A DNA stretch of 64,000 bases from an uncultured candidate division Zixibacteria bacterium (GCA_963702205.1 OY969724.1:1952001-2016000), one strand, 5' to 3'; positions 19,475-29,309 are shown, counted from the first letter of the stretch. The notes: generated by a model from the sequence alone, not told the origin. Made by a program: numbers and translations.

Positions 19475-20338
19475 ATGCCGGATTTAGTCGAATTAGACGA
19501 TCGCATTGCCAAGTGTAATAAGATTCTGGACGAAAGCCCTAACTCCCAGATTTTTGCGGCACTTGCAGAAGCTTACCGCAAGAAGGGTGAGCTCGACAAG
19601 GCCTTCAGGGTTTGCCAGAACGGCCTGAAAATACACCCGAATTACGGTTCGGCTCATATGGTTATGGCCAAAATCAACCTCGATAAAGGTCTGTACGACT
19701 GGGCGCAGATGGAGGTTGAAAAGTCTGTCAGTCTGGACGGCAACAGTCACGCCACCGATTTGCTGCTTGCCGAAATCCACATATATAAAGGCGAATTCGC
19801 AAACGCCACCCGCATTCTCGATAAGCTCCGTCGGGTCGACCCCAAAAACAAGCATGTCATCAAGCTGATGGAAATCGCCCGCAAGCTGCCTCTGGAATCG
19901 CGCAAGAATATTGAGCCGGATATCGAAGAGCCTGAACCCGATATGGCTGACAACGAGGCTTCGCCCAGGGCCAGAGAACCCATACGCGAAATATCACCCA
20001 AAATAATGATCGATATTCTGGCCAATATCCCGGGGGTTGACGGCGTGATGCTGGTTAATCATGAAGGTATGGTGGCCGAATCAAACTGGAATTGTCCCGA
20101 AGAGCCGGAATTGTTTGGCGCCCTGGCCCGAGAAATCGAACGAATTATCAATGAACAGATTGGCGAAGCGAATTTCGGTAAGTACGAAGACGCGCTTATC
20201 GAAGCCGAGAATCTGGTCCTGAAATTTTTGCCGTTCGGCAAGAACTTGTTATTGATAAAAGCCAATGCGCAGGTTAATCTGGGGACCCTGCGCTTGAAAT
20301 TGACTTCTTTATTGGACACCTGCAACGTGAATTTATAA
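19475..20338 (+). CDS. TPR + roadblock/LC7 domain protein
   Basis: TPRs (FAALAEAYRKKGELDKA...HPNY); C-terminal IPGVDGVMLVNHEGMV...VNLGTLRL roadblock pattern. Confidence 0.8.
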   Translation: MPDLVELDDRIAKCNKILDESPNSQIFAALAEAYRKKGELDKAFRVCQNGLKIHPNYGSAHMVMAKINLDKGLYDWAQMEVEKSVSLDGNSHATDLLLAEIHIYKGEFANATRILDKLRRVDPKNKHVIKLMEIARKLPLESRKNIEPDIEEPEPDMADNEASPRAREPIREISPKIMIDILANIPGVDGVMLVNHEGMVAESNWNCPEEPELFGALAREIERIINEQIGEANFGKYEDALIEAENLVLKFLPFGKNLLLIKANAQVNLGTLRLKLTSLLDTCNVNL

Positions 20339-20353
20339 TCACGGGATAAAATT

Positions 20354-21319
20354 ATGGCAGTTACAAAGAGAGAATTCGGACAGTTTTTTATATTTTCAAG
20401 TCTTCTTTTAATCGGGGCGCTGTTGATGTTCCCGTCGAAACTGGGCATGAGCCTCGGCTCCGGCATCATCGTCTACGCCATTATTGAAATCGCCTATTAT
20501 GCCGTCATGTTCGCCCTGATGAAAGCCGCCGACTCCTGGCTCGATCTTTTCCGCAATGCGGGACTGACTTTTATTTTCAGGATTGGCCTGGGGACGCTGT
20601 TTGCCGTCTTTGTGGCGATCATGTATTCGATGAACCTGTCGGTTGCCCTGACTCTCGGAATTTCGCGGTATTTACCGGCTGTACTTCTGCACATAATATT
20701 CGCCCCATTTGCGATGCGGCCTCTGATTTCGGATTCCAAATTGCCGGTAAGACGAGCCAAACCCCGGCCGATCTCATCCAAAGCCCCGGCCGGACGCGAA
20801 AGGCCGGACTTTTCCAAGTCGGTCCTGTATGAGACAAAACGCGAACAACCGGTGTCGAAGGCGAGTTCGAATACCGCCGACCGTCAGGATTTGCACGTCG
20901 GTTACGATACCAATGGATTCGAACGCGCGGTAAAATACCTGGGCGAGCATCACGCCGTCCTGCTGGCGGTTGTGGTCGACCAGGAAGGTTTGTCGATGGC
21001 GGCCTATAAGAGGGGTGAGGTCGATCCGGAAGATTATGCGCCTCTGAGTCTCCTTATAAAAGAAACAAATGTGAAACTTTTAAATAAATGGGAAGGTGAT
21101 GTTTCGCCTGACCGTATCGATATTGTCTTTGGCGACAGAAAGTTGTCGCTGTCACGGGCCATGGATTTTTATCTATTGGTGATGTCGAATCAGGAAGTTG
21201 ACGATCTTCTGAGCATTCGCGTCACTCAGGCCGTAGATATAATCAGAAGATATGTGTCCGAACGTTATGGCGAATTAATGCCGTCACGACCGGAGGAGCA
21301 ATATGTACCAAGTGCTTGA
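20354..21319 (+). CDS. Membrane protein with C-terminal roadblock/LC7 domain
   Basis: Four N-terminal TM helices; VLLAVVVDQEGLSMA roadblock motif. Confidence 0.7.
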   Translation: MAVTKREFGQFFIFSSLLLIGALLMFPSKLGMSLGSGIIVYAIIEIAYYAVMFALMKAADSWLDLFRNAGLTFIFRIGLGTLFAVFVAIMYSMNLSVALTLGISRYLPAVLLHIIFAPFAMRPLISDSKLPVRRAKPRPISSKAPAGRERPDFSKSVLYETKREQPVSKASSNTADRQDLHVGYDTNGFERAVKYLGEHHAVLLAVVVDQEGLSMAAYKRGEVDPEDYAPLSLLIKETNVKLLNKWEGDVSPDRIDIVFGDRKLSLSRAMDFYLLVMSNQEVDDLLSIRVTQAVDIIRRYVSERYGELMPSRPEEQYVPSA

Positions 21320-21644
21320 AGAACTGAACAAGACCAGCGGAATCACGGGTTCCATGCTGGTTGGCAATGATGGTATTGTCATCGCCGCCGATCTTAACAC
21401 GTCGTTGGAAGACGACACTATCGGCGCTTTGGCCGCATCGATCACCAGCAACATCCAGAAGTCGCTGGACCGGATGCAGCAGACGGCGCTGAAACAAATC
21501 ACGATTGAGGCCAACACCGGGAAGTTGTTCTTCGCGGACGCTAATATAGGAATTTTGGTGGTAACGGCCGAGAAGGATGTAAACATAGGACTTATCCGCC
21601 TGGAGATGAAAAACGCCATAAACAACATTGGCAAATCAAAATGA
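21303..21644 (+). CDS. Stand-alone roadblock/LC7 protein
   Basis: GITGSMLVGNDGIVIA...VNIGLIRLEM; SD GGAGGAG. Confidence 0.9.
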   Translation: MYQVLEELNKTSGITGSMLVGNDGIVIAADLNTSLEDDTIGALAASITSNIQKSLDRMQQTALKQITIEANTGKLFFADANIGILVVTAEKDVNIGLIRLEMKNAINNIGKSK

Positions 21645-21672
21645 CAATTAGCCTTTAGCGGAAAAGGATGCT

Positions 21673-22845
21673 ATGGTCTCGATAAATTACGCCACCAGGG
21701 AAGTTGCCTGTAAGATCGTTTACTATGGCCCCGGACTTTCGGGCAAGACGACCAATTTGCTCTACGTCCACAAGAAGGTGCCTCAAACAAGCCGGGGTAA
21801 GATGATCTCGCTGGCCACCGAAGCAGATCGAACGCTATATTTTGACTTTTTGCCGATTAACATCGGAACCATTAACGGATTTGCGGCCAAATTCCAGCTT
21901 TATACCGTCCCCGGTCAGGTGTACCATAACGCCACCCGAAAACTGGTGCTGAGGGGGGTTGACGGGCTGGTGTTTGTCGCCGATAGTCAGCCGGACAAGA
22001 TGGATGAAAACATCGAGTCGCTGACCAATTTAAGTGAAAACCTGGCCGAATACGGATATAACATCGACGAGCTCCCGGTCGTGATACAGTACAATAAGCG
22101 CGATATTCCCGGAGCCATGACGGTCGAAGAATTGAACAGCCGTCTGAATCCAAATGGCTGGCGTACGTTTGAAGCGTCGGCTGTCAGCGGCGAAGGGGTT
22201 TTCGATACACTCAAGTTGATTATCAAGCTGGTTTTGGAGAAGGCCAAAGGTGGCAGCAAGGTTGCCAAACCGGCTCCGGCCAGTGTTGCCGCCGAGACGC
22301 GTCAACCGGCCGCGACGGCCCAGGGCCAAAGCGGTCCCGCCGGTCCACCGGCGGCCGATAATGCCCCGACGCCGCGTCAGGAAGTGGGTGCCGCCCGGGC
22401 CGAGACTCCTCCGGTGAGACAAAACGCTTATAATCCCGATAACGCCCCTGAACCGGAGCATCCGCGCATGGCCGATAATTCGATGTTCGAACACAACGTC
22501 ATCAAGGACGAAAGTGCGCTGGATCAACAAGTTGGGTCACCCGATGCCGATACCGGAAAAATTCCGACCGAACCGGCCCATCCCGACGTTGAGGAGACTC
22601 ATGTGCCGGAAAGCGTCAACCGGCCGTTCCCCGGCTCGACCGGAAAAGTCGGTCGCGCCGAGCGCCGCATAACCGTTTCCGATTTTCAGTCGGATTCCGC
22701 CGAACAGGATCAACATGTCGGCGCTATTCCCGAAAACGGCCGCGGATCGTCGGACAGTTCGATGACGACACCGATGATGGCCCCGTCGGAACGAGTAATT
22801 AAGAAAAAACGGGGATTCTTTAAAAAACTATTTGGAATCAAATAA
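21673..22845 (+). CDS. mglA: MglA-family small GTPase with long C-terminal extension
   Basis: KIVYYGPGLSGKTTNL, RTLYFDFLP, LYTVPGQ, FVADS, YNKRD, EASA; ~195-aa Pro/Ala-rich tail. Confidence 0.93.
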   Translation: MVSINYATREVACKIVYYGPGLSGKTTNLLYVHKKVPQTSRGKMISLATEADRTLYFDFLPINIGTINGFAAKFQLYTVPGQVYHNATRKLVLRGVDGLVFVADSQPDKMDENIESLTNLSENLAEYGYNIDELPVVIQYNKRDIPGAMTVEELNSRLNPNGWRTFEASAVSGEGVFDTLKLIIKLVLEKAKGGSKVAKPAPASVAAETRQPAATAQGQSGPAGPPAADNAPTPRQEVGAARAETPPVRQNAYNPDNAPEPEHPRMADNSMFEHNVIKDESALDQQVGSPDADTGKIPTEPAHPDVEETHVPESVNRPFPGSTGKVGRAERRITVSDFQSDSAEQDQHVGAIPENGRGSSDSSMTTPMMAPSERVIKKKRGFFKKLFGIK

Positions 22846-22861
22846 GAAGGAGGTGGCGTCC

Positions 22862-23350
22862 GTGAGTGATGACAACCTTATCATATATGAGGAAGAAATC
22901 GAAAAAATCGACTCTATCCTGGCCCGTATGCTAAAAGGGGCCGAAGCCAAATGTGCTTTGCTGGTGGACAAGGACGGTCACCTTATTACCCGTCAGGGTT
23001 TCACCCATTCCCTGGATACGACCGCTCTGGCGGCGCTTCTGGCCGGTTCTTTTGCCTCGACCAAAGAAATCGCGCGTCTGGTAGGCGAATGCGAGTTTTC
23101 CGTACTCTTTCATCAGGGCAAAAAGGACCATATTCATATGTCTCTGGTTGGAGACCGTTCGATTATGGCCGTCATATTTGACGATCGCACGACTATCGGT
23201 ATGGTGCGCCTGTATGCCAAAGAAGCAGCAACCGAATTATCCAATACGTTTTCGGCCATAAAGGCCCGCAACCAGTCCAACAGCCCCGGACTGACCGATG
23301 AATTCGCGGCTTCGGCCGGTGATAAACTGGATGACATATTTCAAGATTAA
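22862..23350 (+). CDS. mglB: MglB GTPase-activating roadblock protein
   Basis: YEEE...LVDKDGHLI...LDTTALAAL...LVGECEF..LFHQG...IFDDRTTIGMVRL and acidic C-terminal LDDIF, matching the Myxococcus MglB pattern; SD AAGGAGGT before GTG. Confidence 0.9.
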   Translation: MSDDNLIIYEEEIEKIDSILARMLKGAEAKCALLVDKDGHLITRQGFTHSLDTTALAALLAGSFASTKEIARLVGECEFSVLFHQGKKDHIHMSLVGDRSIMAVIFDDRTTIGMVRLYAKEAATELSNTFSAIKARNQSNSPGLTDEFAASAGDKLDDIFQD

Positions 23351-23420
23351 CGACCGGCCCCGCACAGTTAAACATGGCTTGAGGGGACGTCTGGGTTATT
23401 GCTTTTACAGGATGTAGTCG

Positions 23421-25118
23421 ATGTCTTCTGAATTAGGATCGATGTTGGTCAAGGCCGGCCTGATTACCCAGGAACAGCTGGGTAAAGCGCTGACCATGGC
23501 CGAAGAAAAAAAGGCCAAACTCGAAGAAGCTCTTGTCGCCACCGGAGCCATTGAATCCGAAGATCAGATCTCCCGGTTCGTCGGCAAGCAGCTCAATATG
23601 GGCACTTTGCGCCTGTCCGATATCGAACTGAATCCGGAGATCATCAAACTTATCCCACTCGATATTGCCCGGAAATTCAACGTCATCGCGGTTTCGAAAC
23701 TGGGCAAAAGCCTGATAGTTGCCATAAGCGATCCTAATAATGTCTATGTCCTTGATGCCGTTAAATTCATAACGGGTTGTTCCATCCAACCGGTGATTTC
23801 ACCTGAGAACGCCATAAAGAAGGCGATAGATAAGTACTATAAAGATGAATCCGCACTACATGAACTGATTAAAGGTCTTGAAGATGATTCCGACCTTGAG
23901 GTTTTATCCACCCAGGATGATGGATTCAGTGACGCCGATTTGCAGTCGGCCATTCAGGACAAACCACTGGTTAAACTGGTCGATTCGATTATTGCCGATG
24001 CCATCCGCATGGGGGCTTCGGATATACATTTCGAATCGTACGAGAAACGCATTCGAGTCAGGTTCCGGCACGACGGTGATCTTCAGGAAATGTCCCCGCT
24101 GCCTTATAAGTACAGAGCGGCCATTATATCGCGCCTGAAAGTCATGGCCGATCTGGATATTTCAGAGCGACGGCTGCCTCAGGACGGTCGCATCAAAATC
24201 AAGATCGACGACCGTACCGTCGATCTCCGTGTTTCGGTATTACCTACCATTTTCGGCGAAAAAGTCGTCATGCGTATTTTAGATCCGCGCGCATTGATGG
24301 TCGATATGACCAGGCTGGGTTTTACCCCGGAATCGCTGACAAAGTTCGATAAAGCCATTCACCTGCCGTACGGTATCATCCTCGTTACCGGGCCGACCGG
24401 TTCCGGTAAAACGACGACGCTGTATTCGGCCTTAAAGCAGATCAACACAGTCGATATTAACATTATGACCGCCGAGGACCCGGTCGAGTTCAACTTCGAC
24501 GGGATCAATCAGGTGCTGGTAAAATCCGAAATCGGCCTTACGTTCGCGGCGGCTTTGAGGTCGTTCTTGCGTCAGGACCCCGACGTAATCATGGTTGGTG
24601 AGATTCGTGACGGTGAAACGGCCGAAATCGCTATCCGGGCCGCTTTAACCGGCCATCTGGTCTTCTCGACGCTTCACACCAACGATGCGCCGTCGTCGAT
24701 TAACAGATTGATAGACATGGGGATACCAAATTATCTGGTGTCTTCGGCGACCCGCCTGATTATGGCGCAGCGAATGACCCGGAAAATTTGCCAATCGTGC
24801 AAAGAAGAAATCCGGTTGACCGAAGAGCAAATTACGGCTTTGGAGGTTCCGGAATGGTTTGTAAAAGACGATATCCGGGCTTTTAAGGGCAAAGGCTGCA
24901 ACGAATGTAATAATACCGGACTATCCGGCCGTTCAGGCATTTACGAGGTTATGCCCATTTCTCCGGCCATTGAGGGTCTTATTCTCCGCAGTGCCAGCGA
25001 CGTGGAAATAGGGGAAAAAGCCATCGAGGAGGGTATGTTGACTCTTCGTATGGCGGCGGTAGATAAAATGATCAAAGGGACAATTTCTTACGAGGAAGTC
25101 CTGGCTATTACCAATTAA
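23421..25118 (+). CDS. pilB: Type IV pilus assembly ATPase PilB
   Basis: ASDIH, RLPQDGR, GPTGSGKTTT, AEDPVE, LRQDPD, GHLVFSTLHTND, tetracysteine motif. Confidence 0.95.
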   Translation: MSSELGSMLVKAGLITQEQLGKALTMAEEKKAKLEEALVATGAIESEDQISRFVGKQLNMGTLRLSDIELNPEIIKLIPLDIARKFNVIAVSKLGKSLIVAISDPNNVYVLDAVKFITGCSIQPVISPENAIKKAIDKYYKDESALHELIKGLEDDSDLEVLSTQDDGFSDADLQSAIQDKPLVKLVDSIIADAIRMGASDIHFESYEKRIRVRFRHDGDLQEMSPLPYKYRAAIISRLKVMADLDISERRLPQDGRIKIKIDDRTVDLRVSVLPTIFGEKVVMRILDPRALMVDMTRLGFTPESLTKFDKAIHLPYGIILVTGPTGSGKTTTLYSALKQINTVDINIMTAEDPVEFNFDGINQVLVKSEIGLTFAAALRSFLRQDPDVIMVGEIRDGETAEIAIRAALTGHLVFSTLHTNDAPSSINRLIDMGIPNYLVSSATRLIMAQRMTRKICQSCKEEIRLTEEQITALEVPEWFVKDDIRAFKGKGCNECNNTGLSGRSGIYEVMPISPAIEGLILRSASDVEIGEKAIEEGMLTLRMAAVDKMIKGTISYEEVLAITN

Positions 25119-25192
25119 TCTTTGGGTTCTGTCGAGTCTTCAAAATTCCTTATATTTCAACGACTTAAAACAGGCTCCGGCCAAATATTCTT

Positions 25193-25219
25193 TCAAGATT
25201 CCCCCGAATTTACCGATAT
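25193..25219 (+). promoter_or_regulatory. sigma28-like promoter of pilT
   Basis: TCAAGATT-N11-ACCGATAT. Confidence 0.55.
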
Positions 25220-25269
25220 AAAGAAAAAACGTTCTAATGACATAAATGCCCTTCTAACAGGAGTGTTTT

Positions 25270-26346
25270 ATGGTAAGTCTGCGCCAACTGCTTGAAGAAA
25301 TGGTCAAAATGGACGCCTCGGATTTGCATCTGACAGTAGGTTCGCCTCCCGCGGTCAGGGTTGACGGCAAATTGGTCAGGCTCCAACACGATGTCCTCAC
25401 GCCGGATGATACCAAGAAATTGGCCTATTCCATCATGAATGAAAAGCAGCGGCTCAAATTCGAAACCAGTTCGGAGCTGGATTTGTCTTTCGGTATTGAA
25501 AATCTCAGTCGTTTTCGCTGCAACGTATACATGCAGAGGGGCAATGTGTCGGTGGCTTTGCGGCAGATTCCATATAAAGTAAAATCTTTCGAAGAACTCG
25601 GTTTGCCCAAGGTCGTTGCGGAATTCGCCGGGCTGCCGCGCGGCCTGGTACTTGTCACCGGACCGACCGGTTCTGGTAAATCGACCACCCTGGCGGCGAT
25701 AATCGATAAAGTCAACAAAGAACGACAGTGTCATATCATTACGGTCGAAGATCCCATTGAGTACCTGCACCGTCATAAATCGTCGATTGTCAATCAAAGA
25801 GAAGTATACTCCGATACGCAATCGTTCGCGTCGGCTTTGAAGTATGCCCTTCGTGAAGACCCCGACGTTGTACTGGTGGGTGAGATGCGCGACCTGGAAA
25901 CGATCGAAGCGGCCATAAATATTTCCGAGACGGGCCACCTCGCTTTTGCGACGCTGCATACCAACTCCACGGCGGAATCGATCAACCGAATCGTCGACGT
26001 GTTCCCGACCAACCAGCAGGAGCAAATACGCGTTTCTCTGTCGTTCACGCTTCAGGCGGTAATATCGCAGTGCCTTATTCCGAGAATAGGCGGCGGGCGC
26101 GTTATGGGTCTGGAGATTATGGTTTGCACTCCGGCCATACGGGCCTTGGTACGTGATGATAAAGTACATCAAATATACAGCATGATACAATCGGGACAAA
26201 AGTACGGCATGAAAACCATGAACCAGTCGCTGGCCGAACTTTATACCAGCGGCAAAGTGACCATAGGCGATGCCATGAGTTTCAGCGGCAACATTCAGGA
26301 GCTGAACGAGATGTTGTCACGAGGCAAAACCCCGGCCATGGTTTAG
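25270..26346 (+). CDS. pilT: Type IV pilus retraction ATPase PilT
   Basis: ASDLHL, GPTGSGKSTT, EDPIE, LREDPD, ETGHL, PAIRALVRD (AIRNLIRE-like). Confidence 0.96.
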   Translation: MVSLRQLLEEMVKMDASDLHLTVGSPPAVRVDGKLVRLQHDVLTPDDTKKLAYSIMNEKQRLKFETSSELDLSFGIENLSRFRCNVYMQRGNVSVALRQIPYKVKSFEELGLPKVVAEFAGLPRGLVLVTGPTGSGKSTTLAAIIDKVNKERQCHIITVEDPIEYLHRHKSSIVNQREVYSDTQSFASALKYALREDPDVVLVGEMRDLETIEAAINISETGHLAFATLHTNSTAESINRIVDVFPTNQQEQIRVSLSFTLQAVISQCLIPRIGGGRVMGLEIMVCTPAIRALVRDDKVHQIYSMIQSGQKYGMKTMNQSLAELYTSGKVTIGDAMSFSGNIQELNEMLSRGKTPAMV

Positions 26347-26371
26347 GTGACAAGCCGGAAAGGAAAGAATT

Positions 26372-27568
26372 ATGCCAGTCTTTGAGTATAAGGGCAAAAC
26401 ATTAGCCGGTGCGCCGGTAGCCGGTGATCTTCAGGCCAAAAATCGGGAAGAGCTGGAACGACTGCTCCGGCAAAACCGTATCATGGTCTCATCGATTCGC
26501 AAGAAACCGGCGGAAATAAAAATCAAGTTCGGAACCGGTATTAAGAAGATCGATATTTCGCGATTTACACGCCAGTTCGCAACTATGATCGGAGCCGGTC
26601 TGCCGATGGTGCAGTGTCTGGACATTCTGGCCAACCAGTCGGAAAACAAGGAACTCTGCAAAATCATTTCCGACGTTAAGGAAGGTGTCGAGGCCGGATC
26701 GACCCTGTCCGATTCGCTGGCTCGTCACAACAAGGTTTTTGACCAGCTTTACACGAACATGGTCGAAGCCGGTGAAATGGGCGGCGCTCTCGACAGTATC
26801 CTGGTACGTCTTGCCGTCTACCGTGAAAAGGCCGACGCCCTCGTACGTAAGGTCAAAGGCGCCATGATTTACCCGGCCGTCATCTCGGTCGTGGCCATTG
26901 GCGTCACGTTCGCCATGTTGACGTTTATCGTGCCGGTCTTTGCCAAGATGTTCGGAAGCCTCGGAGCCGAACTGCCGGGCCCGACACAGGTTATTTTGGA
27001 TATCAGTAATTTCCTGCAGGCTAATATCCTGCTTCTGCTCGGCGGATTGATAGCTGGTATCATTGTCTTCGTTTACTGGATCAGGACGGAGTCCGGAAGG
27101 GCTCAATTCGACGCCGGTCTTCTGAAGGCACCGATTATCGGCAACCTGGTGAGGAAGTCTTCGGTCGCAAGGTTCACCAGAACCCTGGGAACGTTGCTGG
27201 CTTCGGGTGTTTCGATCCTGGACGCCCTTGAAATTACCGCCAAAACGGCCGGCAATGTTATTATCGCTCGCGCAATTAAGAGAGCTGTTTTGTCTATCGC
27301 CGAGGGCGATACAATTACCGGTCCACTTAAGGAATCGGGCGTGTTCCCGCCGATGGTGACGCAGATGATTTCGGTTGGTGAAAAAACCGGAGGTCTGGAC
27401 GAAATGCTGCAGAAAATCGCCGACTTCTACGATGAAGAAGTCGATGATGCCGTCAGCGCTTTGACGTCGATTATCGAGCCGGTGATTATTGTATTTATGG
27501 GTATTATTATCGGTGCCATTATGGTGGCCATGTATCTGCCCATGTTCGATATCATCGGTAAGCTATAA
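26372..27568 (+). CDS. pilC: Type IV pilus platform protein PilC
   Basis: FTRQFATMIGAGLP, AGEMGGALD, FPPMVTQMISVGE, MYLPMF. Confidence 0.96.
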   Translation: MPVFEYKGKTLAGAPVAGDLQAKNREELERLLRQNRIMVSSIRKKPAEIKIKFGTGIKKIDISRFTRQFATMIGAGLPMVQCLDILANQSENKELCKIISDVKEGVEAGSTLSDSLARHNKVFDQLYTNMVEAGEMGGALDSILVRLAVYREKADALVRKVKGAMIYPAVISVVAIGVTFAMLTFIVPVFAKMFGSLGAELPGPTQVILDISNFLQANILLLLGGLIAGIIVFVYWIRTESGRAQFDAGLLKAPIIGNLVRKSSVARFTRTLGTLLASGVSILDALEITAKTAGNVIIARAIKRAVLSIAEGDTITGPLKESGVFPPMVTQMISVGEKTGGLDEMLQKIADFYDEEVDDAVSALTSIIEPVIIVFMGIIIGAIMVAMYLPMFDIIGKL

Positions 27569-27585
27569 AAAATCGCGATTGAAAT

Positions 27586-27611
27586 AAAGGCGCCGCCGGA
27601 CGGCGCCTTTT
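27586..27611 (+). terminator. Terminator-like hairpin between pilC and pilS
   Basis: AAAGGCGCCG-CCGGA-CGGCGCCTTTT. Confidence 0.7.
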
Positions 27612-27620
27612 AAATGTACC

Positions 27621-29309
27621 ATGTTCAGCAAATCAAATCAGATAAAAACCGGCTGGATGCTCTCGCTGCGGCTTCTCACGTATGTTTTGATAGCCGGTAT
27701 CGTCTTGTTCCGTGCCCTTTATTCCGGTTTTTTGTCCTTCCCATTTTTCGCTTACTCGCTGACTACACTGTTTTTGCCTATTATGATTATCCTGAAAAGA
27801 TGGTACAATCCATCTTTTCTTTTCAAAGGCATCTCGGCCCTGCAGACATTTTTCGAGATTGTCGCCATACTGGGGATTATTTACGCCACCGGCAATATCA
27901 ATTCGACTTATTCCGGCCTGCTGGTATTAACCGTCATTTCCGCGTCGCTGGTGTATTCCCTGGCCGGAACACTTTTGACGGCATCGGTCGTCTCGCTGGG
28001 CTACGCCGTCGTCGTCTGGTTCGGTTTTGGCGGACTGGAACGAGGCCTGGCCGGACACGCGCTGGAGACGATATTTTCTTCCCAGGACGCGGCGTTTTAT
28101 AATATTTTTCTGCACATTTTGACTTTCTACCTGGTTGCTTTCGTCTCCGGCTTTCTCATGGAGAAACTCAAAAGCAGCGATCAGGAATTGGAAGATACCT
28201 CTCAGGCGCTCCGCAAAGCCCGCCTGGAAACCGATGACATCCTGCGCCATCTGAATTCCGGATTGATGACCATAGATTCGGAGGGCCGGATCATATTTTA
28301 TAATCGGGCCGCCGAAGAGATACTGGGTTATCGTGAAAGCGAAGTTAAGGGCCGTATCTTCCGTGACCTGTTCAGCAGCCAGATGCCTTTTTTGGCGGAA
28401 AATCTGGCCGAGGTGCTTCAATCGGGAAGGCAGTCGCGTCGCTGCGAGATCAATATCGAAAGAAATGACGGAACCCGGATTCCTCTCGGAATATCCACGT
28501 CGCTGCTTCTGGACGAAGACGATGCCGTCCGGGGCGTAATCGCCATATTTACCGATTTGACAGAAACCAAAAGGCTCGAAGAAAAAATCCGCATCGCCGA
28601 CCGTATGGCGGCGGTGGGTGAGCTGTCGGCTGCGATTGCTCATGAAATAAGGAATCCCCTGGCGGCCATATCCGGATCGGTTGAAGTCCTGAAGGCGGAA
28701 CTGCAGCTCCAAAATGAGAATGGCCGTCTGCTGGAGCTGATCGTCAAGGAATCGAATCGACTAAACGAAATCCTGGCCGATTTTCTGACTTACGCCCGCA
28801 ATCAACGGTCGTCGTTCAACAAAGTCGAGCTTTGTCACCTGATCGCAGATATGTTCGAAGTGACCCGCCATCACCCGGCCTATCATAAAGATATCACATT
28901 GAAGCTCCAGACCGAGGATTCAATCGCATATATTTACAGCGACGAAGACCAGTTGAAACAAATTGTCATAAATTTGATGGTAAATGCCTGCCAGGCGATT
29001 GGTGACAGGCCCGGAGAAATCACGGTTGCAATCGACAGCCCGGAGATCGACCTCATCAGCCTGACCATAACCGATACCGGCCCGGGAATTCCCGAGGAAA
29101 TCATGCAGAAAATTTTCGATCCATTTTATTCGACAAAAAAGGACGGGACGGGTCTGGGGCTCGCCATCGTACAGCGATTGTCCAAACTGCTTGAGATAGA
29201 TTTGTGGGCGAAATCGGCCGCCGGTGGACCGACAGCTTTCTGTCTGACATTCAATAAAGTGCCAGAAATGCGTCATCTGGCCAAGCCATTAGAAGGCATC
29301 GGCGCATAG
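27621..29309 (+). CDS. pilS: PilS-type membrane PAS sensor histidine kinase
   Basis: About six TM helices, PAS (NRAAEEILGY), AHEIRNPL, DTGPGI, GTGLGL; follows pilC. Confidence 0.82.
   Translation: MFSKSNQIKTGWMLSLRLLTYVLIAGIVLFRALYSGFLSFPFFAYSLTTLFLPIMIILKRWYNPSFLFKGISALQTFFEIVAILGIIYATGNINSTYSGLLVLTVISASLVYSLAGTLLTASVVSLGYAVVVWFGFGGLERGLAGHALETIFSSQDAAFYNIFLHILTFYLVAFVSGFLMEKLKSSDQELEDTSQALRKARLETDDILRHLNSGLMTIDSEGRIIFYNRAAEEILGYRESEVKGRIFRDLFSSQMPFLAENLAEVLQSGRQSRRCEINIERNDGTRIPLGISTSLLLDEDDAVRGVIAIFTDLTETKRLEEKIRIADRMAAVGELSAAIAHEIRNPLAAISGSVEVLKAELQLQNENGRLLELIVKESNRLNEILADFLTYARNQRSSFNKVELCHLIADMFEVTRHHPAYHKDITLKLQTEDSIAYIYSDEDQLKQIVINLMVNACQAIGDRPGEITVAIDSPEIDLISLTITDTGPGIPEEIMQKIFDPFYSTKKDGTGLGLAIVQRLSKLLEIDLWAKSAAGGPTAFCLTFNKVPEMRHLAKPLEGIGA

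Noticed and set aside
25155..25167. IHF-like site TTTCAACGACTTA upstream of pilT
   Set aside because: Imperfect match to a degenerate consensus; could be chance
25234..26199. 321-aa minus-strand ORF
   Set aside because: Antisense shadow of pilT; no motifs
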